The notes beneath the pieces were generated by a model. The model made no database searches. It had not been told where the DNA came from and saw only the letters and a list, made by a program, of their open reading frames with translations. A stretch of 64,000 bases of DNA from Octopus sinensis (Eukaryota), in contig NC_043022.1 in NCBI RefSeq assembly GCF_006345805.1, positions 16,864,001-16,928,000 on the forward strand. Reading direction: 5' to 3'. Within the stretch, counting starts at the first letter, position 1. Each line of letters begins with the position of its first letter. The position numbers and the translations under genes were made by a program. Of this stretch, positions 35,573-49,699 are shown one piece after another.

Positions 35573-37385
35573 TAGAGAGAGTACCATGGAGAGAAGGGAT
35601 GGAGTGTAGATAAGGAGTGAGAGATGTAACTCAGAATGGAATAAGACATGGAGTTTGGGTGTGATGTGGAGGGGAGGTTCAAGTGGAATCAAAATCAACC
35701 AATGTTAGAGATATTGGAATCTAGGGAAGCTGAAATGATATTGGTGCAGTGTGACATGGTGGAATGGATAGACAAATGGATGGATCGATGGAGGAATCCA
35801 CATAGGAGAAAGCAGACAGACAGACAGACAAACAAACAGGACATTTCATTTATACAAGGATCAGCAGTCACCATTAAATACCTTAATTGTTTCTAATTCC
35901 AGGGCCTCACGCCATGTTTTAAATCCGTTTTTAAATGTGTAGGAAAAACAAAAAAAAGGACTTCTACAAAGAAAAAAAACTGAAAACCAAAGACATCTCT
36001 CTTAGAATTCCACATGTTGGAATTGCATGCAAGTCAGCAACCTCCAATATTTTGGTAACGCTTCCACAGAACTAAATGTTCTTATCTACATATTCCCTTA
36101 GCAAATTTTCAATTGTTTCTTGCGTCTTTCCAAAACTGAAGAACACAACAACATGGCTTCACCAAAAACAGAAAATGTAATGCTTTAATGAAATTCTTTC
36201 CCTAATATTTGCTGCTGGAAATAAAACCATTTATTCATAAAAAGAACTTTTTATTTAAATAAAGAAATATTTAAACCTTTGTCACAGAAACTCATCTCAT
36301 TTTACTTTCATTTCTTTTCTTTCTGGTTAATTAAATGTCAAATCTAAGTCGGTTCTATCCATGGGACCAGTTTCTAAATATTAGAAATATTCTAATTGAC
36401 AAAGAATTTACTCCAGCATACAGCACACACGCATTAGAGATGGGAACAAGTTCAAACCTATTCTTCATTTCCCTCCAAACCTTCATGCAGTCCTTTCAAT
36501 TATATTTGGGGGACTAGATGCCATGTTTGATATAGGGTCCTGTGCCTGTAGCTCTCAAGGCTGTCATAAGGTATACATTTCCATAGTCCCTCTCTGAACC
36601 TTTATCTGTCCTTGTTATATCCACAGAACTAAATGGAGGGTTTCCTGTCCCTGACACACACAGGATACATATTTCATATCACCATTAACAGATCTGTTAA
36701 TAAAATATATATTTTCATGTCCATTGACATGTTGGACCTCAAGTGGACCGGGTGGTCAGTGTCCGTAGGTTTCATATACAGCAGATTGAGAAGTCCCAGT
36801 CGACTGGAAGACATTGGAGCTTCCCACTTCATGAACTCCGACAGCAGAGAGAAAGCAAGAACATGAAACATCACACTCCCATCGGCCCCCCTCAGGACAG
36901 GGGGCTGCACGCCACTTCAAAACAAGTTGGGTCTATGCATTCACACCTGTCCATTATGGCCACACATTCCTGCTCTGGCACAATTGTAGCAAGGAAGGAT
37001 AGAGAGAAGAAAGAAAGCAAATGGAAGAGGTTCATTGTTCAATGTCCACAGTTTCTAATCCTAGTTGACCACAAAACAGATTTCAATCTAGGAAATATTT
37101 TATTGATCTCTACTGAGTGAATTTCTATGTCAACTGTTGATGCATAAATATCACAAACAAGCCTTTTACATTGATATACACAAACATAAATGTATAAACA
37201 CACACACATGAATGTCTGTAGGCACTCACTGCCATATAATGAGGGAGTTATGTATCCCCTGCTTATCCCTCCATCAAAAAGGATAAGGCATAAGACCACC
37301 TCCTCCCACCTCCCTGCCACTAAAAAACAGGAGCTTTTTCCCTTTTTCCTTGTTCTTTTTTTGTGACTTGCAATTAATCAGCAAC

Positions 37386-37446
<61 letters not shown>

Positions 37447-37452
37447 CTATAT

Positions 37453-37489
<37 letters not shown>

Positions 37490-37504
37490 TTATTATATAG
37501 AAGG

Positions 37505-37555
37505 AGCTTCTACAGGACTAGAACTGTTTCATTCAAGAGAAATCTTCAGGAAGCT
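37505..37555 (-). ncRNA. Hammerhead ribozyme motif (type I), intact conserved core, in TMEM26 intron 1 on the sense strand
   Basis: AGCUUC-CUGAAGA-UUUC UCUU GAAU-GAAA-CAG UUCUAGUC CUG-UA-GAAGCU: 6-bp stem I, 3-bp stem II, 4-bp stem III, GUA cleavage triplet. Confidence 0.75.
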
Positions 37556-38085
37556 AGTTAACAAGAATTGTATTGGCATTTATACATTTAGGCAGGTTAT
37601 AGGGTGGTGGTGGGGGACTTTTTGGGGGTAGGCATAGCGCAAAAAAATCATACTTGGGGTGGTCAAGGAGTCAGTGGTAAATTAGATAGAAGAATAAATA
37701 AAAGAATAAAAAAAGAATAAAATACAAAAATATATAGAAGAATAGAGTTTTAGGTAAATAAGGAAATTCTCAACACACACACATATACATACACACATAC
37801 ATACACACACACCCATATATATATATATATATATACATACACACACACATATACATACATATATCTACATATATATATATATACACATACATACATACAC
37901 ATATACATGCATATACATATACACACACACATGTATATATACACACACACGACCACACATACACATACACACACATACACATACATACACACACATATCC
38001 ACATACACACAGGCACACACAACACACAAGTCCCTATATACTCATATATACATATACACATATATGTATGTACACACACACACAT

Positions 38086-38124
<39 letters not shown>

Positions 38125-38468
38125 CATGTGTACCTATTCACACACATATATGTACGTATACACACACACACATATACACATACATACACACACATACATA
38201 CATATGTGTACCTATTCATACCTACACATACACACATATATACATACAATTACAAACCCATTCCTAATTTTAATTTTATTTCTTCATTTATTACTTTTGT
38301 TATCTTTGACCGCTGGTCACAAACATCTTGGCTAGTCCCTTTATCTTTCTACTTGAGCACAAGCACTCACTCACGCACGCACACTCATTAGCACGCACAC
38401 ACACTCTCATTCGTACACTCATACACATACACGCACGCACGCGTTATATTCATACATACATACATCTA

Positions 38469-38568
38469 NNNNNNNNNNNNNNNNNNNNNNNNNNNNNNNN
38501 NNNNNNNNNNNNNNNNNNNNNNNNNNNNNNNNNNNNNNNNNNNNNNNNNNNNNNNNNNNNNNNNNNNN
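38469..38568. other. Assembly gap (100 N) inside TMEM26 intron 1
   Basis: Run of exactly 100 n, so the true intron length is uncertain. Confidence 0.99.
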
Positions 38569-40249
38569 CATCCCCATCCCATCCATCTGATGCATTTGTC
38601 ATTCATTTACTTCCAAAGCTTAATTAAAAAAAAAAAACGAATATCATACAAAATACAGATGATGCCAAAATTGACGAAAACCCTTGGAAATTGTGCCCCA
38701 GCATGGCCACAACCCTATGCCTGAAACCAGTAAAATAGTATATGCTTATATGGAAGTGTGTGTGTGTATAGAGGCCAGAGTTTTTTTCCCAGTTGTTGTG
38801 CAGTGTGTATAAAGGGTGTGCGTACCCAGGTAGATGCTTAGCTGCTGCTCAACCAACATTTCCGTTTTTCAACCTCAACACAATGCTTCTCCTGAGAAGG
38901 GGACATAGCTGACAGGGCTGATATGAAAGAAGCAGATCCCGTGGCACTGGAGGCACCGAAAGTGACTCTGAACACCAGCCGCTGGCAGTTTATAATGGCA
39001 TCTCCTCCTCTCCTCAAGCAGTCTCCTGCATTTTGCTTCAAAGTGCTCCATTCACAGATGACCACACAGACGTCCATGGCTTCCAATTAAAAGGGGCTCC
39101 GACTAATTGGGAGTGACACCATTTAAAATAAGGAACTGCCTGAGATGTGTGTATACAGGGACACGCTTAGTTTATCATCTTCATCGTTGTTTTAACGTCC
39201 ACTTTTCCATGCTTGTATGGGTTAGATGCAATTTGTTAAAGCAGGATTTTGTGCAACCAGACAACCTTTCTGACAGCAACCCTCACCAATTTGCAAGCAA
39301 GGGGATATTTATCCCCTGGCCTGATGCGTTTTTCAGGGAAGACTGCAAATGAAGGACAGAAGAGGTGATACCCATTTATGACCACCACAAAACGTTGAGA
39401 TAAGGAGACAGTAACACATATAGACACATGGACAGATATATGAGGCAGGCTTCCACACAGTTTCCATTTACCAAATAATTAATCCACAAGACATTGTTTG
39501 GCTCTGGGCTAAAGTAGAAGATGCTTGCCCAGGGTGCCATTCAGTGGGACTGAACCTGGAACCATGTAGTTGAGAAGAAAACTTCTTAACTACACAACCC
39601 TGACTAGACAGACAGACGGATAGGTAGGCAGATGGAGAGATATAATGTAGGTATGCATAAATATATATGGAACCATATATGTGTTTGTATGTAAGGCCGA
39701 GGGTTATAGACACAACTATGCTATGTTTGTAAAGGGTGTAACGTATGTATGTATGTGTGTATATACTTAGACAGATGTGAGGAGTGGGGTAGGGCCTAAG
39801 AAACCTGCTATGTTGTGTGTATGTCTGAAGGTTCTGGGCCCAACTGCGATGTTGCTATGTCTCTGATGTTTATCAATAACTGACAGGTACAAGATGAAAT
39901 TACTCTAAGAAGCTATTTAGTCTTTCAACACTTTTTAAATGGTTAGACCTGTCAGCCTGTCTGTCTGTCTGGCTGCCTTGGGGGCTGGGGTATCTGGCGG
40001 GGTGGCTGGCAGGGTTGGAGAGGGTAAATGAAATTCAATATACATTTAATAGATTTACGTATTCTGTCTGTATGTTTGGCAGTGTGTATATATACATATA
40101 TTACACATACACACACACATACATATACATCTTTATGTAATAGACAAGCAGGCATATAAAGTATATATATATATTAAAAAAACATACTATATAAATATAT
40201 TACAAACATGTGTGTATATTATAAAATATGTTCGCATATTTCTCTTTCA

Positions 40250-40286
<37 letters not shown>

Positions 40287-40376
40287 ATACTGCACATATA
40301 TTTAAATATTTATCCTTCATGTTGACACTAGTTCCTTTACCTGTCGATATTTAAATATACATTTTCATATACAGGC

Positions 40377-40418
<42 letters not shown>

Positions 40419-42040
40419 GTTTGTGAGCATGTACATATATATATACACACACACATACATGCATACACATGTGTGTGTATACATATAAACATGACTATCT
40501 AGTTGGCTAAATTTCAATGAAAGATCCTTACACGTGTTTGAGGCATACACACATACATACATACATAAAATTAAATCTCTCACACACACGCACATATACT
40601 TATGTAGTAATGAGAAATGCGCACTCATTACATGATTATAAGTACAGCTACACACATTCGCATCAATAACTACATCTAATTTCTCCCAAATATTTCCTAA
40701 TCCCGGGGGCAAATGCCTTATCACTTTGTTAGGGGACAGCTTCACTTTGTAAGGAACAACTTCAATAAATCCCTAAGAAACATACAGGCATGGCTGTGTG
40801 GTAAGAAGCTTGCTTCCCAACCACATGGTTCTGGGTTCAGTCCCAATGTGTGGTGCCTTGGGTATGTGTCTCCTACTATAGCTTCTATAAATTTGTGTCT
40901 TAGTGTCTGTGTTTGTCCCCCACCACCACTTGACAACCAGTGTTGGTATGTTTACATCCCTTAACTTTTGGCAAAAGAGAGAGAGATAGAATAAGTGTCA
41001 GGCTTATAAAGAAAAAAGTAGTGGGGTCAATCCGTTTCACTAAAAAATCTTCAACATGTTGCCCCAGCATGGCCACAGTCTAATGAAACACACATAAATG
41101 ATTACCTATATACATATGTACCTACACACACACATACATGTATCTGTTAGGATTTTAGCATGCACACACACACACACACACAAGAAACCACTGTCTACAT
41201 CCATCCACGAACTTTATCTTTTCAAAGTTACTCTCTCAACACACACACATTTAAATAAACATTTTCCGGTCAGTTTCCAGATTCTGACAGTTTAAATGTG
41301 TCTATAGACAGAGACCAGCTGTTCACTTTGGTCACTGACTTGGCTAAAGAAAAAAAAATCCCTCCCCTCTTTAAACTGACCAACAACACTCTGACCCCTC
41401 CTGTGTTTAACTCTCCTCTTCCCTCTCCACCTCCTTTCATCCCTAATCCTCATCCTCTCCCTCTCGCCACTTCTCTCTCCCAATCACGTGCAACAGGGAA
41501 TTAATGGCAATCTCCTGCCACTCTTCACTTTGGTCATTCTCTCAAAGACAGACGATGGCAAAAGAGAAACTTTTCTCAATTGCCAAAGAAGGACTCATTC
41601 AGAAACAGCGAAAAAATCTTCTTCCACGAGATAAGAAGTTAGCTTCCCAAACAAATAGTTCCGGGTTCAGTCCCACTCTGTGGCACCTTGGGCAAATGTC
41701 TTCGACATTAGCCCAGGGCAACCAAAGCCTTGTGCATTTGGTAGACGGATACTGAAAGAAGCCTGTTGTGTGTGCACGTGTGTGTGTGTGTATGATATCA
41801 TAAATACACTCATATATACAGTTGATAAGTGCCATACACGAAATACCTCTTGAATGACTTTTGCAGTTCTGCCGATTAAAAATATCAAAAAAGTGGATGT
41901 ATATACATCATGTATACTTTCTCTCTCCTTCTGTATATACGTGTGTGTATATATATATATATATATGGATGTATGTGTGTGTGGTGGTTGTCTACTCCTC
42001 ATGCAGAATCTGTATGTGTGTGTGTGTATAGACATATATA

Positions 42041-42705
42041 GGCATCAGATGTGGTGTGCTGGTATGACCACACAATGCATATGGTCGAGGACAGCTGTTT
42101 AAAGAAATGCCGATCTCTAACTGTGGAGGGAACCTGTGGTCGAGGTAAACCCAGGAAGACATGGGATGAGGTGGTGAAGCATGATCTTCGAACTTTGAGC
42201 CTTTCAGAGTCAATGACTAATGACTGAGACCTTTGGCGATGTGCTGTGCTTGCAAGGACCCGTCAAGCCAGGTGCAACCATGCTGGTGGCATGTAAAGAA
42301 CACCTTTCAAGCGTTAGGCCTCATGGAGGCAAAGTGGCTGAGTTCCTTTCGAGTGTTGGGCCCCACGGTGGCAATGACCAAGACCTTTGGCATTATATTG
42401 TGCTTGAGAAGAAGACCCATCAAGCCAAGCAAACTCAGAGTCATGGCAAATACTGGTATCATGCAAATTGGCATGGAAAAGCACCCCCATCATGCAAATG
42501 GCACCTGTACCGGTGGCACATAAAAGCACCCATTACACTCTGCAGAGGGGTTGGCGTTAGGAAGGGCATCCAGCCAGAGAAAACCATGGCAAATCAGATG
42601 GGAGTCTGGTGCAATCTTCCAAGTTGCCAGCCCTGGTCAAACCATCCAACCCATGCCAGCATGGACAACAGACGTTAAGTGATGATGATGATGATGATGA
42701 TGATA
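42041..42705 (+). mobile_element. 5'-truncated RTE-clade LINE: RT C-terminus, 3' UTR and (GAT)n tail
   Basis: WYDHTMHMVEDSCLKKCRSLTVEGTCGRGKPRKTWDEVVKHDLRTL...DLWRCAVL from 42060, followed by the shared 3' tail. Tail-only copies at ~52655-52895, 54035-54450(-) and 62164-62275. Confidence 0.85.
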
Positions 42706-44064
42706 TATACATACACACACACACAAACACACACATACATATGTTATTTGAGTGACTCCAATGGAAAGTCCATCTGACCTTCTGCTTTTTTACTATTCCT
42801 GTGGACATACTTATTATTATTATGAGATTTAGGGAGTTTTTCTTTCAAAAGCAACCAATCTAAGTTGTAATAAAAGACAATCATAAAAATAATGTCTTTG
42901 ATTTGGAAAACTTATAGCCTCACACACACACACACACACAGCACAACAAATACACACACACTCAATACATCACAGGCAGACAACACATACACAGATACAC
43001 ACACAAATAAGGGGGTGTGTTTTGTTGTGTGTGTGTGTATGTATGTATATATATATATATAAGAAAGCAACTATATGATGTACTATAATTTCAGTGTCTT
43101 AAACCTGAAACCCATGTATGTGTGTGTGTGTGTGCTTGTTTTTAATGTGTGTGTTTGTAACATCTCTTTCTTTCTTTCTCTCTCTCTCTGTAGTTGCAAA
43201 TGTCCCTCTCTCTCTCTCTCTGTTTTATGAAGAACTTATGTGGATCTAAGAAGAACGGACAAAAGCATTGAAAGACAAACTTCCGGTCAGAGGAAAATAT
43301 CGAGTTTAAAGATGAAACTCCAACTTCCTAGCAACAGGTTCATCTCAATGAGACATTAATAACAATAATGATAATAATAATAATAACAACAACAAAAATG
43401 ATAATAATAATCTATAGAATATACTGGAATTTCCTGTGAAGTTAGGAGAAATCACATGAATATTTATTGCCAAAATGAGAGAAGGTTTATTGGTTGGTGG
43501 TTCACTGAAAAATATATGAATTGATGGTTATCTATATTTTAATGGAAGGGGATCAATATATTGATAAATGGTGGTTAATATATAATTGGGTTAGCAGGAT
43601 TGGTGCAGCAGGGGACAAAATATCAGCAGGGTTTTAATTATGCCTTTAACATTCTCAGCAGACATTGTCCCCACCCCACCCCCAACACCAGACTAAAGCA
43701 ATGCACCAGGCTTTTATATGTAAGGATCAGGCTTCTTCCCCCAGACCTGTAGGGCCCCCGTTGAGCCTGTCTCAAGACAGAGTTGGTCCAGAAATCAAAT
43801 TACACACACACATGCATGCATGCACACACAAGAGGTTTCCATTCCAGTTTCCCAGCCCCAAATCCCTCTCTCTCAATTCCATGGTTGATCACACAAAGTG
43901 CCAAGTTGACCGAATCATTCTCACAGCATCTGATTGAGGGTAATTTGTGGTAATTGCTCCAACTCTCTACGTTCTGAGTTCAAATTCTGCCAAGGTCAAC
44001 TTTGCCTTTCATCTTTTTGGTGTCAATAAAAATTGAGTACCAGTCATATACTAGGGTTGTGAAG

Positions 44065-44230
44065 TGTATGACTTAGTGGTCAGAGTGTTCGATTCATGAT
44101 CCTCAGATTGTGGTTTCAATTCCTGGATCAGGCAATGAATTGTGTTCTTGAGCAAAACCCTTCATTTCATGTTGCTCCAGTCGGTTCAGCAAAACTGAGT
44201 AATGCCAGGATGGACTGGCATCCTATCCAG
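44065..44230 (+). mobile_element. Third tRNA-headed SINE-like fragment
   Basis: tgacttagtggtcagagtg...ggtttcaattcc (A/B-box-like), then CORE-like gtgttcttgagcaaaac. Confidence 0.5.
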
Positions 44231-44914
44231 GGGGAAATGGATAATATGTAAAACTGGTAAATCCAATAACCAAACACTGCTGTGTACAGTGGTTGTTTAA
44301 GTAATGTGTTTGAGGAAGATTAAAGGGTTGGAAGGGGGGGGCTGATAAAGGGCCAAAAATCCATGAAATATGCTATATACACCCGTTACTCTTTTCTCAT
44401 CTTCAATCTCATTATTTGTTTACATCTGACGTCTCGTATACGAAACATTGTAGCAGGAATCAGTACTGGCTGTAATTCCTGTAGAGTATCTGTAGAGATA
44501 TAACCTTTAAAAGTACAAATATATATACATACATACATACATACATATATATATATATATACATATATATCAACAAGCATTTTTTAACCCCAAGGAGGAC
44601 ACCTCCTTCAGCTGGTTAGTGATGCAATCTGCAGCTGATATATATTGCAAGCAGGGGAGCGAACCCCTACCATCTTCTATACATACATACATACATACAT
44701 ACACATATATATATATATATCATTTAATGTACGCAGTGTGAAGATATGAACTACTAACAGTTTCTTGCTTGGAGATGTGTGTCTAGGCAGGTTTTTATAA
44801 CACATCTTTATGCTGTGTACGTTAAATGATGTTTATCCCTCACTGGATGGAGAACTGCCTTTGTTGATCTTACCTTAATGGAACAGCAAACTGTATATAT
44901 ATACATACATACAA

Positions 44915-44968
<54 letters not shown>

Positions 44969-45085
44969 AATAGAAATATATAAGAACAGCTATATAAATG
45001 GAGATACATATGTAGAAATATATCAAATTAATTATATAAATAGGAATGCACAAGTACAAATATATATATATAATATACATACATA

Positions 45086-45947
45086 CAGGGTGCAGTGAAT
45101 GAATTGTCATCTGACTTGCGTAAAAAGGAAAGTAACACGGACATCTCATCTTAACAGATATATTTACCAAAATTACATAAATATATCTTGAAATACTAAG
45201 GAGTAAATTTATTTAATAAAATTGCCATTAGTTTCAGCCACGGCCTCCAGACGACTTCAGAATCTCCTGCAACCCTTCTGGACAGTCTCCTTGCTTAAAT
45301 TCGTGAATACTGCCATAATCTTTGCCTTCACTTCACCTTTGATGTTACGAGCTTTGTTGGTCTCTCACTGAACTGCACCCTACCCATAATAATCAAGGGT
45401 GTTGCAGTCTGGGGAGTTAGGTGCCCAGATGTCAGGGGTGATGTTTTCACAGAAATTGTCTAACAGCCACGACTGGGTCCTCCTGCTTGTGTGGCATGGT
45501 GCAGAGTCCTGTTGCTAGACATAGGGTCTTCCAGCAGCCAGCCTCTTGACCAAGGAGAGCACTACTTCCTCCAGTCAATTGATGTAGGCCTCCATATTGA
45601 GTCTGAGGCTATGTGGGAAGATGAATGGCAGCATAATGTCACCATCACTAGTGATCACTCCAAACACCATGATGTTTGATTTTTATCATTCTCAGTACAT
45701 GTCCTCAGAATGACACCAAAACACTCTGAAATGTTTGTATTGGAGCTCCCAGTGTGAATGCCAAGCAGTACAGCATGATGTCATTTCCAAATTTCAGGCA
45801 GAGTGAATTGCTTCTTGGTGCTGTTTTTCTCACAGGCAGTGCCCAGCTGACCCTGCTATACTGTGTAGTTGACAAAATTAAAAATGAACAATGCACGTGC
45901 GTGAAATTAAAAATATAAAATGGTGACAACTTACCCATCACCCCCTG
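45086..45947 (-). mobile_element. Internally deleted Tc1/mariner DD37D (maT-like) element
   Basis: QQDSAPCHTSRRTQSWLLDNFCENITPDIWAPNSPDCNTLDY (37 residues between the Ds). Degenerate CAGGG.. TIRs with TA on the left. Confidence 0.82.
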
Positions 45948-46984
45948 CATAAGTAGAGCCATAATTAAGGAGATGTATATGTAAGAGCAAAACTCTTCTA
46001 CTATAACAGGCAAGGATCAACCAAAGTCTTGCCAATGAAATTTGATTAAAGAAAACTGTGAGGAAGCCTGTTGAAAGGAAGGACCCTTCCTGTTATTGAG
46101 AAGTGGATGTAATTCATTTCCCATTTTAACACCATCAAGTGTCACTTGATCCCTCGGTGTCCTTAGCATGGGTCAGTCCATAGTAAGTATCGTAGATTGA
46201 TGGCAAGTCTGTCTGTCTGTCCACCTACCTTCCAGTAGTCACAGGGGCCCTGAAATTAGTCATGAGTGCTGCCCCTTCTTCCTGTCACTATGCCACTAAA
46301 ACATAACAGACCTACTGGCTCTAACCAAACCCTTATTCTCTGCTGGGGTCGGTGGGAACGATTTTGTTTTTCTCAAATGTCAGAACAAGACATTAATCTA
46401 AAATGCTTGTCTTACTTTTGGTAGCATCAGATCAAGAAATCGGTGGAATGAAAGAATAAAAGAATAAACAAATGAAGGAATGGGTGGAATATATTCATGG
46501 AACGATAGAATCTGGTTTAGCCAAATCGTTAAATGTGTTGATTTACTGGTCAATGTGTTGATTTAACTCGATCATGTTACAGGCTTGGCATTGTTGCTGT
46601 TATTTAACCGTAGGCCAGCTATGACTGAGCAAACCAATTAACAAAGATGATCCAAACATGACCATCTTGTCCCGCTTTTAGCCAATGTATTGTTTTTAAT
46701 TTTATATCAGAACTTGTGGCGTTCGGTTGAAATTCGTTCCAGGTTTCTGGATCACTGTTTTTCTGAAGGGAGAGACAAGGTAATGTCTGTGGGACTGGGC
46801 TGAGATAAATACCATCTGTCAGAAATAGCAACCAAATACTCCTCAAACCCCACTAGCTGCTGCTCCAATGGTTTCAACAATAGCTTTTCCAACATTCAAT
46901 CAACTGTTTTTTTGTTTTTCTCTTTGAACATCCAAAACAAGGCAAGAAGTGTGAGGAACCATGAAGAAGGAGAAATTAAGGTGA

Positions 46985-47200
46985 GAGGAATTAATTTGCT
47001 TTAGACTCAAAAGGGTTGAAGTCATTGGTAGGAGGAAAACAATGAGATAAAAGAAAGTGCCAAAGTCTGGCAGTTCGGGGAGAAAAAAAGCAATGATTGT
47101 AGAAAGACTTCCTTATTTGTGGAAGCACAAAAGCTTTGGATGAAGAGGGTGGGAGTTTCGAGTCGAGATGGCACAAAGTGATCTGGTACTAAGAGAGAAA
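46985..47200 (-). mobile_element. LINE (Jockey/CR1-like) RT 3'-end remnant
   Basis: FYNHCFFSPRTARLWHFLLSHCFPPTNDFNPFESKAN resembles the SFFPRT..LWN.LP...FP....FK..IN C-terminal motif. Confidence 0.55.
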
Positions 47201-48235
47201 GGTCATCAGAGCACTTCTTGTGCTAATAACAAACAACAAATAAAAAACAGCGTGACAACCAGTGTTGGTTTGTTAATGTCCTCATAACTTAGTGATTCAG
47301 CAAAAGAGACTGAAAGAGTAAGTACTAGTCTAAAAAAGAAAGGTACTGGGGTCAATTCATTTGGTGAACAATTCTTGAAGGTGGTGCCCCAGCATGGCCA
47401 CAGCTTAATGACAGAAACAAATAAAAGATCAAAATCTATGTCAACCTGGAGATAAAGAAGTTTTGAAGGCGGATTGAAACCAGGACCTCACAGTTGCAAA
47501 GCAAACTTCTTCACCACTCAGCCACATGACATCTAAGAAACTACAACAGCAACAACAACAAACCACAATCCATGGGAAATAATTTATTGCCTGTCACCAG
47601 AGAATCAATGAAAAAAGTGTAATTACAGGGTGTGTGTATATGTATGTGTGTATATATATATATACACACACACACAAATATATATATATATACATACATC
47701 TGTATGTATATTTACATGTATGTATGTATATATATATACATACATATATACAAACATGCATATATACATGTACATACACACATATACATCTATAAGATGT
47801 GTATACATACATACTCACATACAAATGTATATGTACACACACACACAAAGCACTAATGAGTGACCCCCACCCCCGACCCCAGTCAGTTTTGCAAAACCAG
47901 AAACGGAATCTCTTCCATTATTAATTCAACTTTTGATGTAATGACAGGTGAAAAAAAAAAAAAAAGAAAAAAAGGGATTTGGAGATCAATCCCTTCCTAT
48001 ACAGACCTGCCATTATCTAAATGAAAATGGTTCCATATTATTTCGAGCCAACGACAGAGACTAACCTGATTCACTCAACCTGCCACTTGGTGGCGCCACA
48101 GCCAACAGCACTCTGATGATTATAATAATTATTATTATTATGATTATTATTAAGAAAAGGGGCCAGCTGGCAGAATCGTTGGTGCACTGGATGAGATGCT
48201 TAGCGGCATTTCACCCCATCCCACCCACCCCAAAA

Positions 48236-48690
48236 AGGCAAACTGGCAAGCACGTTAGCACGCCGGGCGAAATGCTTAGCGGTACTTCGTCTGCTGCTAC
48301 GTTCTGAGTTCAAATTCCGTCGAGGTCGACTTTGCCTTTCATCCTTTCGGGTCGATTAAATAAGTACCAGTTACGCACTGGGGTCGATATAATCGACTTA
48401 ATCCATCTTTCTGTCCTTGTTTGTCCTCTCTGTGTTTGGCTCCTTGTGGGTAGTAAAGAAATAGGTATTTCATCTGCCGCTACATTCTGAGTTCAAATTC
48501 CGCCGAGGTCAACTTTGCCTTTCATCCTTTCGGGGGTCGATAAATTAAGTACCAGTGAAATACTTTGCCTTTCATCCTTTGCAGGGAAGTGGGGGGATAA
48601 ATTAAGTACCAGTCATACACTGGGGTGGATGTAACCAACTAGTTCCCTCCTATAGAATTTCAGGCCTTGTTTCCCATGGTGGAAAGGATT
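48236..48690 (+). mobile_element. SINE family B full copy (48236-48465) plus partial internal duplications
   Basis: cgttagcacgccgggcgaaatgcttagcgg...gagttcaaattcc...gcctttcatcctttcgggtcgattaaataagtaccagttacgcactggggtcgat; the central block is repeated twice more. Confidence 0.88.
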
Positions 48691-49638
48691 ATTGAAATCT
48701 CAAACCCACAAGAGAATTCAAGCAGAACATTTGGCAGAATAATCTCGTTCCCAAAGTGTTGAATCAGCCACATCTGGCCCAGATATTCTACCTGTTTTAT
48801 GTTCAGATCCATCAGATCCTGCCTTTCACACCTACCCTACAATGTCATTCTAAAAGTAAATAATCACATCATTGAAATCTTGAAGCTATGAGACAATGCA
48901 GGATTAATTCAAAAGAATTTGAATAAATAATGATAAGAACGGCAAAGTTGACCTTGGCCAGGGTCGACATTGGAATCAGGTTTAGGTTTCAGGACCAGAG
49001 TAAATCTTCAGGCAGCTCTGACACTGGTTTCTTCTGAGTTGGCCCACCAGCTGTGCCGGTACCCATTACACCATTAGATCCTACCATCTAATAAACGGAC
49101 ACAGGGTATTATCCTAGGGACACCAAGCTCTAAAAATAGCTGGGTATTTATGGCTGGAATATCTTGCATTACAATTCTGTTGGTGAGAGCCAACACGGAG
49201 TTAAATAACAACAACAACAACATTAAACATCAAAAGTAAAAATATAGCAAATTCAAGAACCACACCCAAACATTATTCCTTGCCACCACCTTAAGTCACA
49301 GAACCTTTATCAAATTACAGTGTTGCCATAAATTATTAGGGCCTCCCTGAAGGAAATGACCCCTTGTTAACAAATTTCAAACTGTGTGTTTATTACACAG
49401 GCGTACATTATCTCACACTAAATAACACCCACTGCGACCATCACCATGAGTAAGTTGTATAAAGATGTTTTATATTTCAGAGTTGGAATTAGATGTGTGT
49501 TGGACTGTACAGCTGTGTGTGCGCGCATGTGTGTGTGTGTGTGTGTGTGTGTACACACACAGGTGAAATAAGCATCACAGACGCTTTGCCCCTGCAGAAA
49601 CTGCAGGGGCTACTGAGTGGTTTAGCAAGCTCACATAT

Positions 49639-49699
<61 letters not shown>

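Noticed and set aside
36674-36910. 78-aa minus-strand ORF from the track as a real gene
   Set aside because: Non-ATG start and no recognisable motif. A different frame of the same DNA gives the more coherent Cys-rich reading reported as a finding.
44420-44460. CTGACGT-CTCGTATAC-GAAACATTGTA hammerhead candidate
   Set aside because: A9 is missing and no stem I forms.
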